Shown in pieces: positions 1 to 11,735 of a DNA stretch of 64,000 nt. Every line of letters begins with the position of its first letter. Position 1 is the first letter of the stretch. The DNA lies in contig CM119376.1 in assembly GCA_051294905.1 (NCBI GenBank), positions 5,084,001 through 5,148,000 on the forward strand. Reading direction: 5' to 3'. The DNA is from Botryllus schlosseri. Lineage: Eukaryota. Under the pieces are notes generated by a model. The model was given only the letters and a program-made list of their open reading frames with translations. It ran no database searches and had not been told where the DNA came from. The translations under genes were made by a program, and so were the position numbers.

Positions 1-115
1 CATGCCACCGAGAGGGGGTCTGAAAGTACGATTTCCCACCGCGGGTTTTGAATACGACATGCCACCGTACCCATAAGAGACAGTGGCCGCGTGCCACCGA
101 TCTATACTACTAATT

Positions 116-438
116 GGGGTTACCATACGTCCTCGTTATGAGGATATGTCCTCTTTTTTGACTTTGTTATAAGTCTCCTCGGAGGACGTCCAAATGTCCT
201 CTTTTTTGAGAATTTTGGTTAAATATAGGGAAAAATTCGGCTGAGATGGAGGAAATCAGCACTGAAGTAACGCTCTGGCGGGTATTTCGGGAGCTGAGCT
301 GGAAAGTTGACCTTTTTATAAGTCAACCGACCACGAAATGGGATAAATTTACCATTTTTCAAGATTTTCCTCCAGTTTTGCAAGTCTGAAAATTTCGAAA
401 AAGTCTCCTCTTTTTAGATTTCCAAAATATAGTAACCA
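116..438. mobile_element. MITE family A (TAGGGTTACCATA termini, gtcctc-rich)
   Basis: Inverted termini ggggttaccata / tatagtaacca; shares internal sequence with the copies at 19986, 20565, 21638, 43898 and 45548. Confidence 0.75.
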
Positions 439-970
439 TAGGCTAACTTAGGTTTTTGTATATGGTCGGATCAATCATGTAAAATGATGAGATTTGAAGC
501 TTTTCAACGACTTCCTCATCTCAGCAGGAGGGGACACTGGGCGGCTCCTTAGTCCCTATGACTTGATCACAAAGTGCGCATGCGCAATAGTATACTATAG
601 CCCTGATATTCAATCTAGATCACTGCCTTGAGAAGCATTATCTTCTGTTCCGGTTCTCATTTGCGAACGCAATTTTCTTTCAGAAATTACCACGTTTCCA
701 TTCCACGTCACATTCATACTATATATACAGGCAGACAGCAACCACTCCCTTAGCAATTACACCTTCAACTCTCAAGAAATATAAAGACGTATCTTGATTA
801 TCCAGTTTGAGTTGGGATAGAAATCCACAAAGTTGAAATTTAGTCGTATTGTAGAGTATTTCGAGAAATGGTAAATTAAGAGCGCATGAATTACAAACAA
901 ATTACCGACAAAAAATGGATTTACACTTAGTAATAAATTTTCCGACCATCGCGCTATGCTTCTGGCAGGA

Positions 971-3900
971 TTACCTTTCGTGGCAATAGTATCGGACGAA
1001 AAATCCCAAACCAGAAAATGCAGTGTCCGAGTGAAACGAAAGAAGACTTCTTGGGCTATAAACATTGGTATAGGTAACTCTATCATATTCAAGATATCCA
1101 TTACTCCAATCCAATATTATTTCATTCTCGTCAATTTGGAAGCCCTCGTACAAAATTAAAGAGTCCGATTTGTCAATATCGACTCTTTGGAAATCATACC
1201 TAGTTCTGAAAGCACAATGCGTATCTGGACACTCGACATACCACAAATAGTCAACATTATCGGGATAGTATCTCGATAAGGAAGGAGAACTGGAATGATA
1301 TATAGTCTCAAAGTACGGAAGTTGATGATACATGTACGCTGAATTTTGCCCAGATAAAAATCCACAGTCTTGAGTTGTGGCGCAATAGTCCATTCTGAAT
1401 CCAGGACCAGGAACAGACTCATCTGATGAAAACTCCAAAGTTAGATATCGTCCCGAGGACTGGCCACTAAGCCCTTGGTGATCCCCACTGAGAACATACA
1501 TCGTTGGTGACAACGTGGAATTTCCGTCGTAGACAGACAGAATATCACAGCAAGATTCTGTTGAAAAACTTTTAAAGCGAAACATAATTGTATCGGACAC
1601 GACTTCGATATATATTACTTCGTAGGAGTTGTCAGGGTATATTCCGGGAAAGGATGGTGACATGACCGATCCTATCTCGCGGTTCACATATCTATTTGAG
1701 TCAGATTCGAACTCATACTCTAGTTTAAAATACAGAGTAGTGTACACGTCCGCAACTACGAGCAAGTATCTTGAGTCACTGCGAATCCACCAGTCATTAG
1801 CTGGACAATAGTATGAACTGCAACTTGCTATCAATTCGGAAGTCGTTGAATTTCCATTATAAAACTCTACCATCCGGTTGCCAGTACCGTAGTTGTTATA
1901 ATTCTTGAACGAAGCTTTGACTTGATATCCAACAGGTGCCTCTAAGAGCCAACTGCATTCTTCATAAGGCGCATACTGAGGATAATTAGCACTGGTGATC
2001 TGGCCAGGAGCAATCGTGTGAACAGACATATTGTCGCAATACGGGATTTTGTCGCCTTCCACTTCTTGGACGCTATAGTAGTATGTTGTGCTGGACGACT
2101 GGCTGCGACTGATGATTATCAGCATTTCATTGGTGCTTGACGCAACGGTAACTCCGTCGACGAAGTAGATATCCGCATTGCCTGAGGACCACAACAGCGA
2201 ACCCGATTTTGAATTCCCGTCATAAAACGATATTTGAGCGTAATCAGCATGAAACGTACGCAAAAGCATGGCGACTTTCTTCGATTCATCGACTCGTATC
2301 AACCACTGACAGTTGCCAGTTAAGTAGTCAGAATCGGGATAGTTCGAATTTAGCACAATTCCACCTACTCCTCCATTTACTATCTCTGGGGTATGCGAAC
2401 AAATGGTATATATTCTGTAGTTTTTGAACCTTAATTCAAATCCTAGATCAGTGACTGATCCGTCACTCTCGAACACGATGGTCATCGTATTTTGGGGGAC
2501 GATATACTCGAAATTGTCATCACTGATTCCCGACAAGGTCGCCAATACTTGGGTTTGATCAATCGACGCACCCTGGTAGATGTACAGAAAATCGTACCCT
2601 GATTCTAGGTATAACGATATGACATCAATCCCGATATAAAATGCTGCATCTCCAGCAGTGATGACCCACACTATGTGTTCGTTGTTTCCGTAGTGATGTG
2701 GATAACGAGGTGAAGTAATCGTGTGCCACGCCATGTCTTGTTGTTCCAAAGATATCTCTACCGCCTGCCGAGTAAAGTACTTCCCATATAATCCCCTTTT
2801 GGGAACGATCTTGTCAAGCGAGTTGAAAACGACTGAGAGCTCACTCGACGATACATTGAAATCGAACGGAAGCATGAAATTACTTTTATCGTCCAACGTG
2901 ATGTATACCTCGTTTGTATTTAGGTCAACCACCTCCATGGTTTCACCATCAAACACATCGAAATCTATAATTCTGAAATCAATCGTGTACCCAGTCTCTA
3001 CAACTATATCCCAAATAATCCTCGAATCCGCGGGATAAGATTCGGGATAATTAGGAGTTTTCAAAATGCCGGCGCCATCGAGCATTATTACGGTTCCGTT
3101 GTTATTTTTGTCTTCGTCAGTTTGATCTTCGGTAATGACCTCGGTCGCAGTCGGGTAAAATTCAAGAGCGAAACCACCATCATTAATCGATGAGTCAGTC
3201 TGAAACTTCACGAACATACTGGATCTTGTAGTCACAAATGATTCGGAACCTGATATGCCTCCCGAGCCCATAAAAAGCAGAGGATACGTGTCTGAGGGCC
3301 CGTCGTAAATGTACAGTTTATCGCAACATGCCTCTGTATCGAAACTTATCATATTTGCCGATATAACCATGTCAAGAATCGGTGCGTGGATGAGCCAGGT
3401 GAGGTCTGCGCTATTCGGGTAGTCGTCAGGGTAATTTGGAGACATTAAAACTCCGACAAAATTTCGGGCGGACTCATCAAGATTTATCGTTACGTCAGTA
3501 CGGTAAGTTTCTTTTTCCGTTCCCGCAGTATCAGCGTAGCTCAGCAATACGGACATTGTATCACCTGGTGAAATATTTACGGTCGAAGCTACAGCCTGGT
3601 CTAGGTTCAACTCGTCAGCGCGACAGTGAGAGCATCGATCTAATGTGGTTTTAACGTCACCTAATATTACTGCGCTTAGACCTTTCGCCTTCGCATTTCG
3701 GTATTCCACAGTGGCTTCCTTGGCTGACTTGTTCGAATTCTTTGCCATGTTGTAAGTTTGTCCCTGATTGTGAATGGAAAAATCCATCAACACAGCGTTA
3801 CCTGGTATCAGTTCACTTATGGTTGTTCTAGCGGAATTCACGGTGTCGTTGTTTTTCATGTACAACTGGAATTCTTGAATATTTGCGGTAGAAAAATCTT

Positions 3901-4171
3901 TGCTTTCAGAATCGCCATCTTCGTCAGCCATAAGAGACGACGACAGACTGTCTTCAGAGTGAGTCAATGATTGTCGATGGAGACTCATATGCGAAGAAAA
4001 TGAAGTCTGAAATAGATAGAGATTAGAGTCGATAGCTGTAAATTGGACTGAGAATGGAAAACTGAACTTGGACAGTTGAAGAGTCGACACTATGGAACTG
4101 CACTTGCAGAATGAATCACGCCCAGCAGCAGTCGTAGCCTTATAGCAGGCGGTGACGTCGGTGAAATTCAA
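971..4171 (-). CDS. Multi-CUB-domain extracellular protein (cubilin/tolloid-like CUB array), 3' terminal exon; N-terminus missing
   Basis: Uninterrupted 1066-aa ORF (open to an in-frame stop at 4214-4216; the track start is TTG, not ATG). Seven CUB-type starts: MSPNYPDDYPNSADLTWLI, KTPNYPESYPADSRIIWDI, TSPRYPHHYGNNEHIVWVI, LNSNYPDSDYLTGNCQWLI, TSANYPQYAPYEECSWLL, MSPSFPGIYPDNSYEVIYI, SSPSLSRYYPDNVDYLWYV, with typical FDTEACCDKLYIYDG and F.SD.S....GF motifs. No signal peptide or TM segment in the ORF. Confidence 0.88.
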   Translation of the reverse strand: MNFTDVTACYKATTAAGRDSFCKCSSIVSTLQLSKFSFPFSVQFTAIDSNLYLFQTSFSSHMSLHRQSLTHSEDSLSSSLMADEDGDSESKDFSTANIQEFQLYMKNNDTVNSARTTISELIPGNAVLMDFSIHNQGQTYNMAKNSNKSAKEATVEYRNAKAKGLSAVILGDVKTTLDRCSHCRADELNLDQAVASTVNISPGDTMSVLLSYADTAGTEKETYRTDVTINLDESARNFVGVLMSPNYPDDYPNSADLTWLIHAPILDMVISANMISFDTEACCDKLYIYDGPSDTYPLLFMGSGGISGSESFVTTRSSMFVKFQTDSSINDGGFALEFYPTATEVITEDQTDEDKNNNGTVIMLDGAGILKTPNYPESYPADSRIIWDIVVETGYTIDFRIIDFDVFDGETMEVVDLNTNEVYITLDDKSNFMLPFDFNVSSSELSVVFNSLDKIVPKRGLYGKYFTRQAVEISLEQQDMAWHTITSPRYPHHYGNNEHIVWVITAGDAAFYIGIDVISLYLESGYDFLYIYQGASIDQTQVLATLSGISDDNFEYIVPQNTMTIVFESDGSVTDLGFELRFKNYRIYTICSHTPEIVNGGVGGIVLNSNYPDSDYLTGNCQWLIRVDESKKVAMLLRTFHADYAQISFYDGNSKSGSLLWSSGNADIYFVDGVTVASSTNEMLIIISRSQSSSTTYYYSVQEVEGDKIPYCDNMSVHTIAPGQITSANYPQYAPYEECSWLLEAPVGYQVKASFKNYNNYGTGNRMVEFYNGNSTTSELIASCSSYYCPANDWWIRSDSRYLLVVADVYTTLYFKLEYEFESDSNRYVNREIGSVMSPSFPGIYPDNSYEVIYIEVVSDTIMFRFKSFSTESCCDILSVYDGNSTLSPTMYVLSGDHQGLSGQSSGRYLTLEFSSDESVPGPGFRMDYCATTQDCGFLSGQNSAYMYHQLPYFETIYHSSSPSLSRYYPDNVDYLWYVECPDTHCAFRTRYDFQRVDIDKSDSLILYEGFQIDENEIILDWSNGYLEYDRVTYTNVYSPRSLLSFHSDTAFSGLGFFVRYYCHER

Positions 4172-4265
4172 AGGGTTGTAATAACTTGTGAGGCAATTGC
4201 TTCTTGGATTGACTCAAGTCGTGGTTAGGATTACGTATTACCTCAACTTATAAACTTGAGGCTAC

Positions 4266-4430
4266 AATTGAAAAGTATATTCATATTGAAATGAACCCGA
4301 ATATTTTCGGCTGACACTCGTCAGGGGTAATCGTCAGCAACTAGTAGAGAACTTGAGTCTTTGCGCACTAGGCTTATACTCCACTAACTCGTATCGCTCG
4401 AGTCATTCCAAATTCACGTGAAGTATTTTT
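4266..4430. mobile_element. Family F (foldback MITE) terminal fragment
   Basis: attgaaaagtatattcatattgaaatgaacccgaatattttcggctgacactcgtcaggggtaatcg matches the arm of the 51916-52463 element. Confidence 0.75.
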
Positions 4431-5279
4431 GGTAATTACAACCCTACTTTTTCGAAAAGTAATATATATAATCATAGGCCTATATAAAAAGAATACCCAG
4501 CGACGACTGCAACCAAATTATTTCATCATGCTTAGGTACAGAATGACTTTTTAGGTATCCCCAACCCAAATGTATCAAATGGAAAGTTAAATGCTATAAT
4601 AATTCCATAAAATCAATATCTGTTGTCGCTTTGTCAACATTTGGTATTGTTACGCAGCCATGCCGTCTAGGAGCAGGAGAGGAGCAGCGCAAACCGCAAG
4701 CGTATTGGCCATTGAGCATTCACACTCTCACTCTCGTGTGCACTTGCTCCATAGTTGCTCAGACGGCATGGTGCGTCACAATACCAAACTCCGCTACAAT
4801 GCAACATTCGAGGCTGATTATGAGAGGTTCCAGGACCACGAGCAGAATATATTTATATTTTCGCAATCAGAATCTCGGTGGCTTTTGGTTTAGACCAGTA
4901 TTATCAAATTTAATGCTCGTCAAACGGAAGAAAATCACCGCCAAATTTCCTTTGACCAAATGGAACGTGTGACGTATACATCAATCTCACTGAGCCGTAT
5001 TCGCTCATTTCCACACCATATAGGACACTATGATGCGACATAATAGCTTGCACCACTGCAGCATGTGACAATTAGGTGTGCGACACATCAACAAGTTGGT
5101 TAAATGTGGGGTTACGATTGGGTTAGGGTTAGATTTGGGGCTGGTTTATGGCCAGGATTAAGGTCAAGATATATATCAGCGTTAATTTCACGACTATGGT
5201 CCGGGCGAGGGTTTATTTTTGGTCTATTAAGTCACCTGCGCAAGTGACGCATGCCAAAGTGTAGAGAACGTTCAATTGT

Positions 5280-6640
5280 CAGGCCGTGTTATTTAAAGCA
5301 TTTCAGGAGCCAGATTCCAAAACTGCCAAAAATAGAAATTTGAAAATGCCAAAAATAAGCAATTTTTGGCATATGCCAAAAATAACACGGCCTGCCAAAT
5401 AGTGTATTTCGTTCATGGTGTTGTGTTAGCAGGACCGCGTTACAAGCGAGAAGAGCGTGTGTGAAAGGCAGGTTTCTTAATCTGAGTCCAGCCCACCCAT
5501 TAGGGGTGAAAGCATGGTGTCCTAAATGGTGTGGGCACAGCGAGATTGAACGGCTGACTGCATTTGGTTTACGTCACACTTTCCATTTGTCCAAAGGCAA
5601 TTCTACGACCATTTTTGACCGGCTTGCCGAGCGCTAAATTTGATAAAACGGGTATCAATGAAAAGCTGCCGCTGTATTGATTATTAAAATATAAATTATA
5701 TTCTGCTCATGGAACTGGAACCCCCAAAATCAACCACGATTTTTGCATAGTGATAGAGTTGAACGTTGTGACGCAACAAACTGTCTCGCTATTTCTGAGC
5801 TGCATAGTTTCGTTTTGCCAGACAGTCTTGTTGCGTCAATGTACTTAAACAAGCTAACCTTCCCAGGACTGTTCCATGCGAGTTGGTATAATATTAAAGC
5901 CACCTGAAGTGACAAAAGTCCTCCGAAAATATCTCGGTAGAATGAAGGAGATGGGTTGGTCGGGCTACTAAATAGAATGTGTTGAGAGACAACACAGGAA
6001 ACTCCTGGAAAAGTATCGGGAAGAAAATTCTTTCCGCGATGAGATCGATGGCACTGGCGAAGTGATCTCTTTTCATGATGCATGGAGGCCGGTTCGGTCC
6101 TCCAAAGATTTTGAAGCTCTGAAAATCTTTTGTGAATGACTGCCAACATTCTTTCCCTCAACGGCTACTATTGAAGCCGATATTTCCTAGATTCGTTGGG
6201 CGAGAAATGAATTTAGGAGAAACTTAGCTGACCTGAGTTTGGAAGCACTGTTACAGTGCAAACGATTTAAGTCTATTCAACAGCTGTAACAATCAGGTGT
6301 TGAGCGTGTTTGTTAGGCTTTTCTTTCTTTTTTTTTGCTTATTGGCACCGATTCCGATGAATACTGCACACTTTGTGGTTTCGTTTGATATTATTAACCT
6401 ATGAAATCGTTAGGTTATTTATTCTTATTATTGTTTGTTGGCACTGATTATACGTGTATGCTGCTCATTTTGTGGTGTCTTTTGACAAACTGGCCCAAAT
6501 AAAGCGTTTTTGTGACTAATTCGAGTCTGAAACTACCTATTTCGAGGACGATGCCAAAACTGCCAAAAATAAAAATCGAAAAATGCCAAAAATAATTTAT
6601 TTTTGGCAGTTTTGACATATGCCAAAAATAACAGGGCCTG
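5280..6640. mobile_element. hAT-like non-autonomous/composite element with internal cargo
   Basis: Termini caggccgtgttat / ataacagggcctg flanked by a perfect 8-bp TSD TCAATTGT (5272-5279, 6641-6648); an extra internal right terminus at 5394. Confidence 0.7.
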
Positions 6641-7141
6641 TCAATTGTTGTTTGTGATTGTGTCACATGCTAAGATGTCGGGCAGCCACTCTGACAATGT
6701 CGATTTAAATTGATAAACTGTTGATCGCATCTCATCCCATTCGTCGCATAGCATACATGCACAATGGCCATGGGTAGACGACACGTAGGTAATTTTATCC
6801 ACGATCATGTCAATATTTCGCGAACTGGGATTGTGATGTTGCTGTAGGCCTACATCAAATTTGCAAACCGGTTGCCTGACATATAAGAGCACGTGACACA
6901 ATAAAAAAAACGATAGTTGCGCAACGCGCATGCTACACTTTACCGTGAGTCACCGGCGCATATGCGTACCATTAAAGGAACTTGGAACGCATGCCTAAAA
7001 ATAGCTGTTTATCTTTCACGTGTGGGACGGCTCGCCCAGAAAGCAAGACTATTTTAGCGGTGTGTTTCAAGGCATGTGTGCAGCCGGTCCACAGAGACTG
7101 TTCGTAAGGTCTGATCCCGAAAGTCCGGTCATATTTAGAAG

Positions 7142-8557
7142 CAGGGATGGTGTGAATCTCTGAACGGTACAGGTTCGTGTGAACGCGAACTTTTTTATAG
7201 ATACTGTGTGAACGTGTGCCTCATGACGTCACGTGTCGTCATATTGGTAATTCCAACACTACATATCAGTGAAGTGATATGTGTAGCCTACACTACACGA
7301 ACAAAAGCGACGACTCGGGCCATATAATGCCACAATGTTGAAGTACTTAATGACATTTTAAATGTCGCCAAATGTATCAACTGGGCAAATGAAATGATAT
7401 AATAATCCCATAAAATCAACCTCTTTCAACACTTAGCCAATAATTTCGGCGAGGACTTGCAAGGGAATATAAGCTTACACCTTAACGGTATGGGCCAGAC
7501 CGGACAAAAATGTATTCGGCGTCTGACTGTTGGTACGTTGATATCGAGCAGAGAGTAAACGGGGTTCTGTACTTGCTACCGATATCACCCCTTACAAATA
7601 ATGCAACAGTAGCTAACACCCAATCGCAAGGATTTGCTTTTCATAATACGATAAATGTATGAAAACGAGATGGACCCGTACGCTTGCTAGATTTGTTTCC
7701 ATCAGACCACGGTATCAATTTCATTGATTGGTTGAATAAGCATCAGTTGCTGATTACCTAAATGTATAGTTAGGGTTGCATTTAAAACAGACGGTGTTTT
7801 AAAACACTTTGTTTAAAACATGTTTCAATCAGTGTTTTAAACAAAGGCCTTTTCATAAAAAACAAAATTGTTTTTTTTTAAGTAGTAAAGTTATGCCATA
7901 ATTGTTGTATGAGCCTACTGACAATTACCACCCGATATAGCCGACGTCTATCGAAATGGGATGGTTGGAACCCTCAAAATAGTCTGTTCAACATTAATAG
8001 TACAGATATTTCGTCAAATGAGCTATATTTACCCTATCTTTTCAATTGTCAATGTCTATCCACTATGGCGTCACAGTTGAATATCCGTGACGCCGTGGCT
8101 TGAAAAATAACAAAAAAACAAAAACAGTAAAAACATGTTTTAAATTAGGGCCTTGTTTTAAATGCAACCCTACATGCATAGTGTATTTCGCTCTTGATTT
8201 TAATTTATTGTGGGTCAAGCTCACAGCAGAGAGTCACTAAATATTCACAAACGGGAAGCTGGATATTTCGAGCAAACTTTTGTAACAAAGCATATAAAAT
8301 TTTTGATATTGTCAAGGTGCCTGTTCGTTTAGTGTTGCTTTCTTTTGATATGCTGCCAGCGCCATGCATAGAGTGGCCCACAGTTGAAATGCAGTAAATT
8401 TCGACCAAAACTGTTATATAATGACGTGAAAATTGCAGTATATGAAAACGGTTCACAGTGCAGAACCTAGCAAGGTTCGTTTGTGAACGTGAACCTCTAA
8501 ATTTCTGAGGTAAACACACAGAACGCGAATGTGAACCTCAAGCTCACACCATCCCTA
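7142..8557. mobile_element. hAT-like non-autonomous element containing a nested MITE (7771-8172, tagggttgcatttaaaac termini)
   Basis: Termini cagggatggtgtga / tcacaccatcccta; flanks tttagaag / tttaaaat (6/8). The nested MITE family recurs near 31148-31300. Confidence 0.55.
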
Positions 8558-9884
8558 TTTAAAATCTTTTTGTAAGGAAGTGATTAAAATACTCGAGCGT
8601 TTTGAAGAAATGAAATACGGAGGAGATTACGACCTCATTTGAAATCCCTTTGCCCTCTCCGACAACTGATGCACATTAGGCAAGTTACCACGCAATGGCA
8701 GTTTCCAACAAAAGAGCATAGAATTGAGAGCCGCCCTGAGTGAGAAATTGCACGCCTTACAGCTTCTCTAGATCAGGGGTCTGGAACATATAGCTCTTAA
8801 GCTATATATGGCTGCTGTAATGATATGATGTGAACATCTCAAAATTATCTGTTTCGCACCTTGTTAACATTTTATGTATCAATGTCGCGGCTACTATTTT
8901 GGAAATTTTCATAACGGCTAGAATCATTATTCTTGGTATGCCAAGGAAATGGCTTGTCCAGTGGGTTATAGGGTCGGTGCGAATACGCCTTTTCAAAACC
9001 TCAAAATTTATGTTGGATATTACCTTGCTCAATTATCAGTGCAATGATTTTTTTCTTTTCGATAATCTAGCAAATGCGATACCTTCAGGAGGTTTGGGGG
9101 TATTCATAAGACAAATGAAATCCGCCAAGTTCGATCCGGAGTTTGCATCAGTGCAAATAGAAAGTGACTGTCATGTTGACAACCAATATCACTCGCGAAT
9201 TCGCCAAAGCTTGCAAAAGGTTCCAGACCCATATTGCTAATCCAAGTGTCTCATATTAAACTGTATTTTTCAATGTTACGCATGCTCATTGCTGAAGTGT
9301 TGGGCAACCCATTTAATTTAGGCTGCTTTTATAACAGAGGGTTAACATATTTTCAGATCTCAAAAAGAGTACACTTTTTACATATTACAAAAGATGCATC
9401 AGCGAACTAGAATTCTGGCTATTCCAAGTCAACGTTTCGGGACCTTCCTATCATTTCATTGTATCGCAGTCTTATTGTGTTTTGAAATGATGAAATTTTT
9501 AATAATAAACTGAACCCAACTGAATTAACTAAAAAACAAAGTAAAGGTTGTTTTTCCGATAAAACTCCCGAAAGACCCGTTGGGGCGTATTAACCCTGCC
9601 GCCCAATACGCCGTAGTCTAATTTTCTACAAAAGAAGACAAATCCCAAAATAGTAGACATTTTGACGTCCTCGGAGGCTAGGCTTTGGATACGCAGCCGG
9701 AGCCGGAGCAGGGAGCCAGGGCCCCGGAGCCGTGCATTTTCAACGGAGCCGGAGCTGGATCAGGAGCTCTAAATAAAAATATAATGGTGCCGGACCCGCA
9801 GTACTTGAGCCGGTTGTTTGAAAGTAGTTCCGGGTCCGATGAATTTCATAAGATGCTATGCTCAATCAATCAGGTTTACTAATA

Positions 9885-11050
9885 TTTTCATCGTTTCAAA
9901 ACATCACAAGACTGCGATAAAATGAAAAGATAGGAAGGTGTCGAAACAACTTGGAGTAGCCTTTAAGGTCAGGCACCAACCTTAGCCTATAGGCGAAGTA
10001 AAGAAAAGGCATGCACACTGAATGAAAAGTAATGCAGAGAATATAAGACGCAAGCGACAAAATGAGGTGGCGTGTGGCGGAGGGCGAGGGCGATGTTAGG
10101 TCGTGGTCCGGTAATCCTGAAGGCTGGCTAGAATTAATTGGAAAGAAATTGCTTGTATACTTCGACTTGAATGCGGACATGCTCGACGACTGTCGGATAG
10201 CCGGCGAGATGCTGTTCCACAATTGGGGTCCGGCATACTTGACAGAGCGATGCGTTCTTCGTTGACGCGCGTGTGCTGTACTTGTGCGCTTATGTCTCCG
10301 AGGTATAGTCGTTGAAATTTGAGGGACATTGACCGTAGTGGAACTGATACATCAACTTGGCAATTTCCAGCTTCCTCATATCTTCTATGTTTAGAATACC
10401 AAATCTTTTGAGAAGCGAATTATCAGTTGCACATTCAGGCCCCCGTGGGGCTTTGGCAATGATAGCCTACGGATGATCCGATGTTGAAGTTTTTGCTGTG
10501 CGTCAATCGTATTCTTGCAGGAAGCACCCCAACAAATAATTCCGTATTGTAACTTAGATATGAATAGAGTGAACCAGCACTCTGACTGGCAGAGTGTAGC
10601 TATAATGCGGCGAAATAGACCACATACCTTCGATAGTTGTGGTTTGAGTGATTGTATGTGACTCTTCCAGGACATATACGAATCCAGTAAAACACCAAGG
10701 GATTTGGCGTTCTAGTGTTGGAAATTGGTTGGCCAGCGATGTCATCGGTTAGGTTATCGCAGGGGAACACGACCAATGATTGGGATTTCGCAGCGTTAAC
10801 CCGAAAGCTATTATGAGACGTCCACTCATGCCCTTTGAGCATTCGATCACGGGTGACGGGCGAGACGGCATGCAAGCTTGCGGTAGTGCGTGAAATAGGA
10901 TGTGAGTATCGTCAGCGAACAGTGTGGTATTCAATGATGAGGTTTCAAAGATATCATTGCTATCAAAGATATCATGCTACTACAACAGTTGAATTCACAA
11001 AATTCCACGGTAATCTCTCAATAAATTAGGAATTGTTGCCTCGTTCGCGC
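9885..11050 (-). mobile_element. Decayed L2/CR1-like LINE (RT C-terminal part plus 3' UTR)
   Basis: Frameshifted peptides TTLFADDTHI (YADD-type motif), SWKSHIQSLKPQLSKVCGL, LQYGIICWG, WNSISPAIRQSSSMSAFK; 3' UTR-like sequence recurs at 38770-38950, 39220-39380, 43830-43870 and 44550-44620. Confidence 0.8.
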
Positions 11051-11464
11051 CACCATTTTTAACTTAGCATGTTCAAATTGTTCAATGTTCATAAATAACG
11101 AGCTAAATCTGGGTCTGCAAAATATTCGGTGCATACTAGTTATTTGTTGTATTGTGGGACGTGGTATTCGTCATACCGGTAATTTCGTTTTCAGCACTGC
11201 ACTGATGGCGGTTCGAAAAATAGTGATCACTATATATTTCACAAAATGGGACTGCTGCCTATATGAGCTTAGCAAATTAACTAATGAGTAATCAGACGAA
11301 TCGTCAATTTGGAGGCGCGCGCGCAGAGATACGCCGTCTATTCTCTGAATTAGACGAAAAAATGCCCGTTCTTTGGTGATAGCTTCTTAATCATGCTGCG
11401 AAATTTCACAGTGTGTTATTGTGTATGCCTGCGAATTGTAATTCTATCGTGCGCATGATCGTGT

Positions 11465-11735
11465 TTGTTTGTTTTGGGTATTCATGGTGTTTGTCGACTA
11501 CTATGGTCATTTACACCAGGCCGATATTCTTCTTATTTTCCGTAACTGCCGACTTATAGCACGGCCCACCTCTAGACTTTTGTAAGACACCGCTGACGCG
11601 GATGAGGTGGCGAGGAGGAGCTTAGGTAAACGTCCAACACTTAGGTGTCGGAATTCGGAAGCCGACCTCGATCGGACTCGAACCCGCACCCATTGGTGTT
11701 GCAGCCGCGGATTATACCACTGCGCTATCTCGCCA
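11465..11735 (-). mobile_element. tRNA-derived SINE
   Basis: tRNA-like head with A box (TAGCGCAGTGG) and B box (GGTTCGAGTCC), A-rich tail (aaaacaaacaa), perfect 13-bp TSD CGCATGATCGTGT at 11452-11464 and 11736-11748. Confidence 0.85.

Noticed and set aside
8830-9240. 136-aa plus-strand ORF
   Set aside because: No recognisable motif, TTG start, and no consistent splice model on either strand.
11660-11735. tRNA-Cys-like gene (GCA in the loop, A and B boxes)
   Set aside because: It continues into a non-tRNA body and A-rich tail and is flanked by a 13-bp TSD, so it is a SINE head rather than a tRNA gene.
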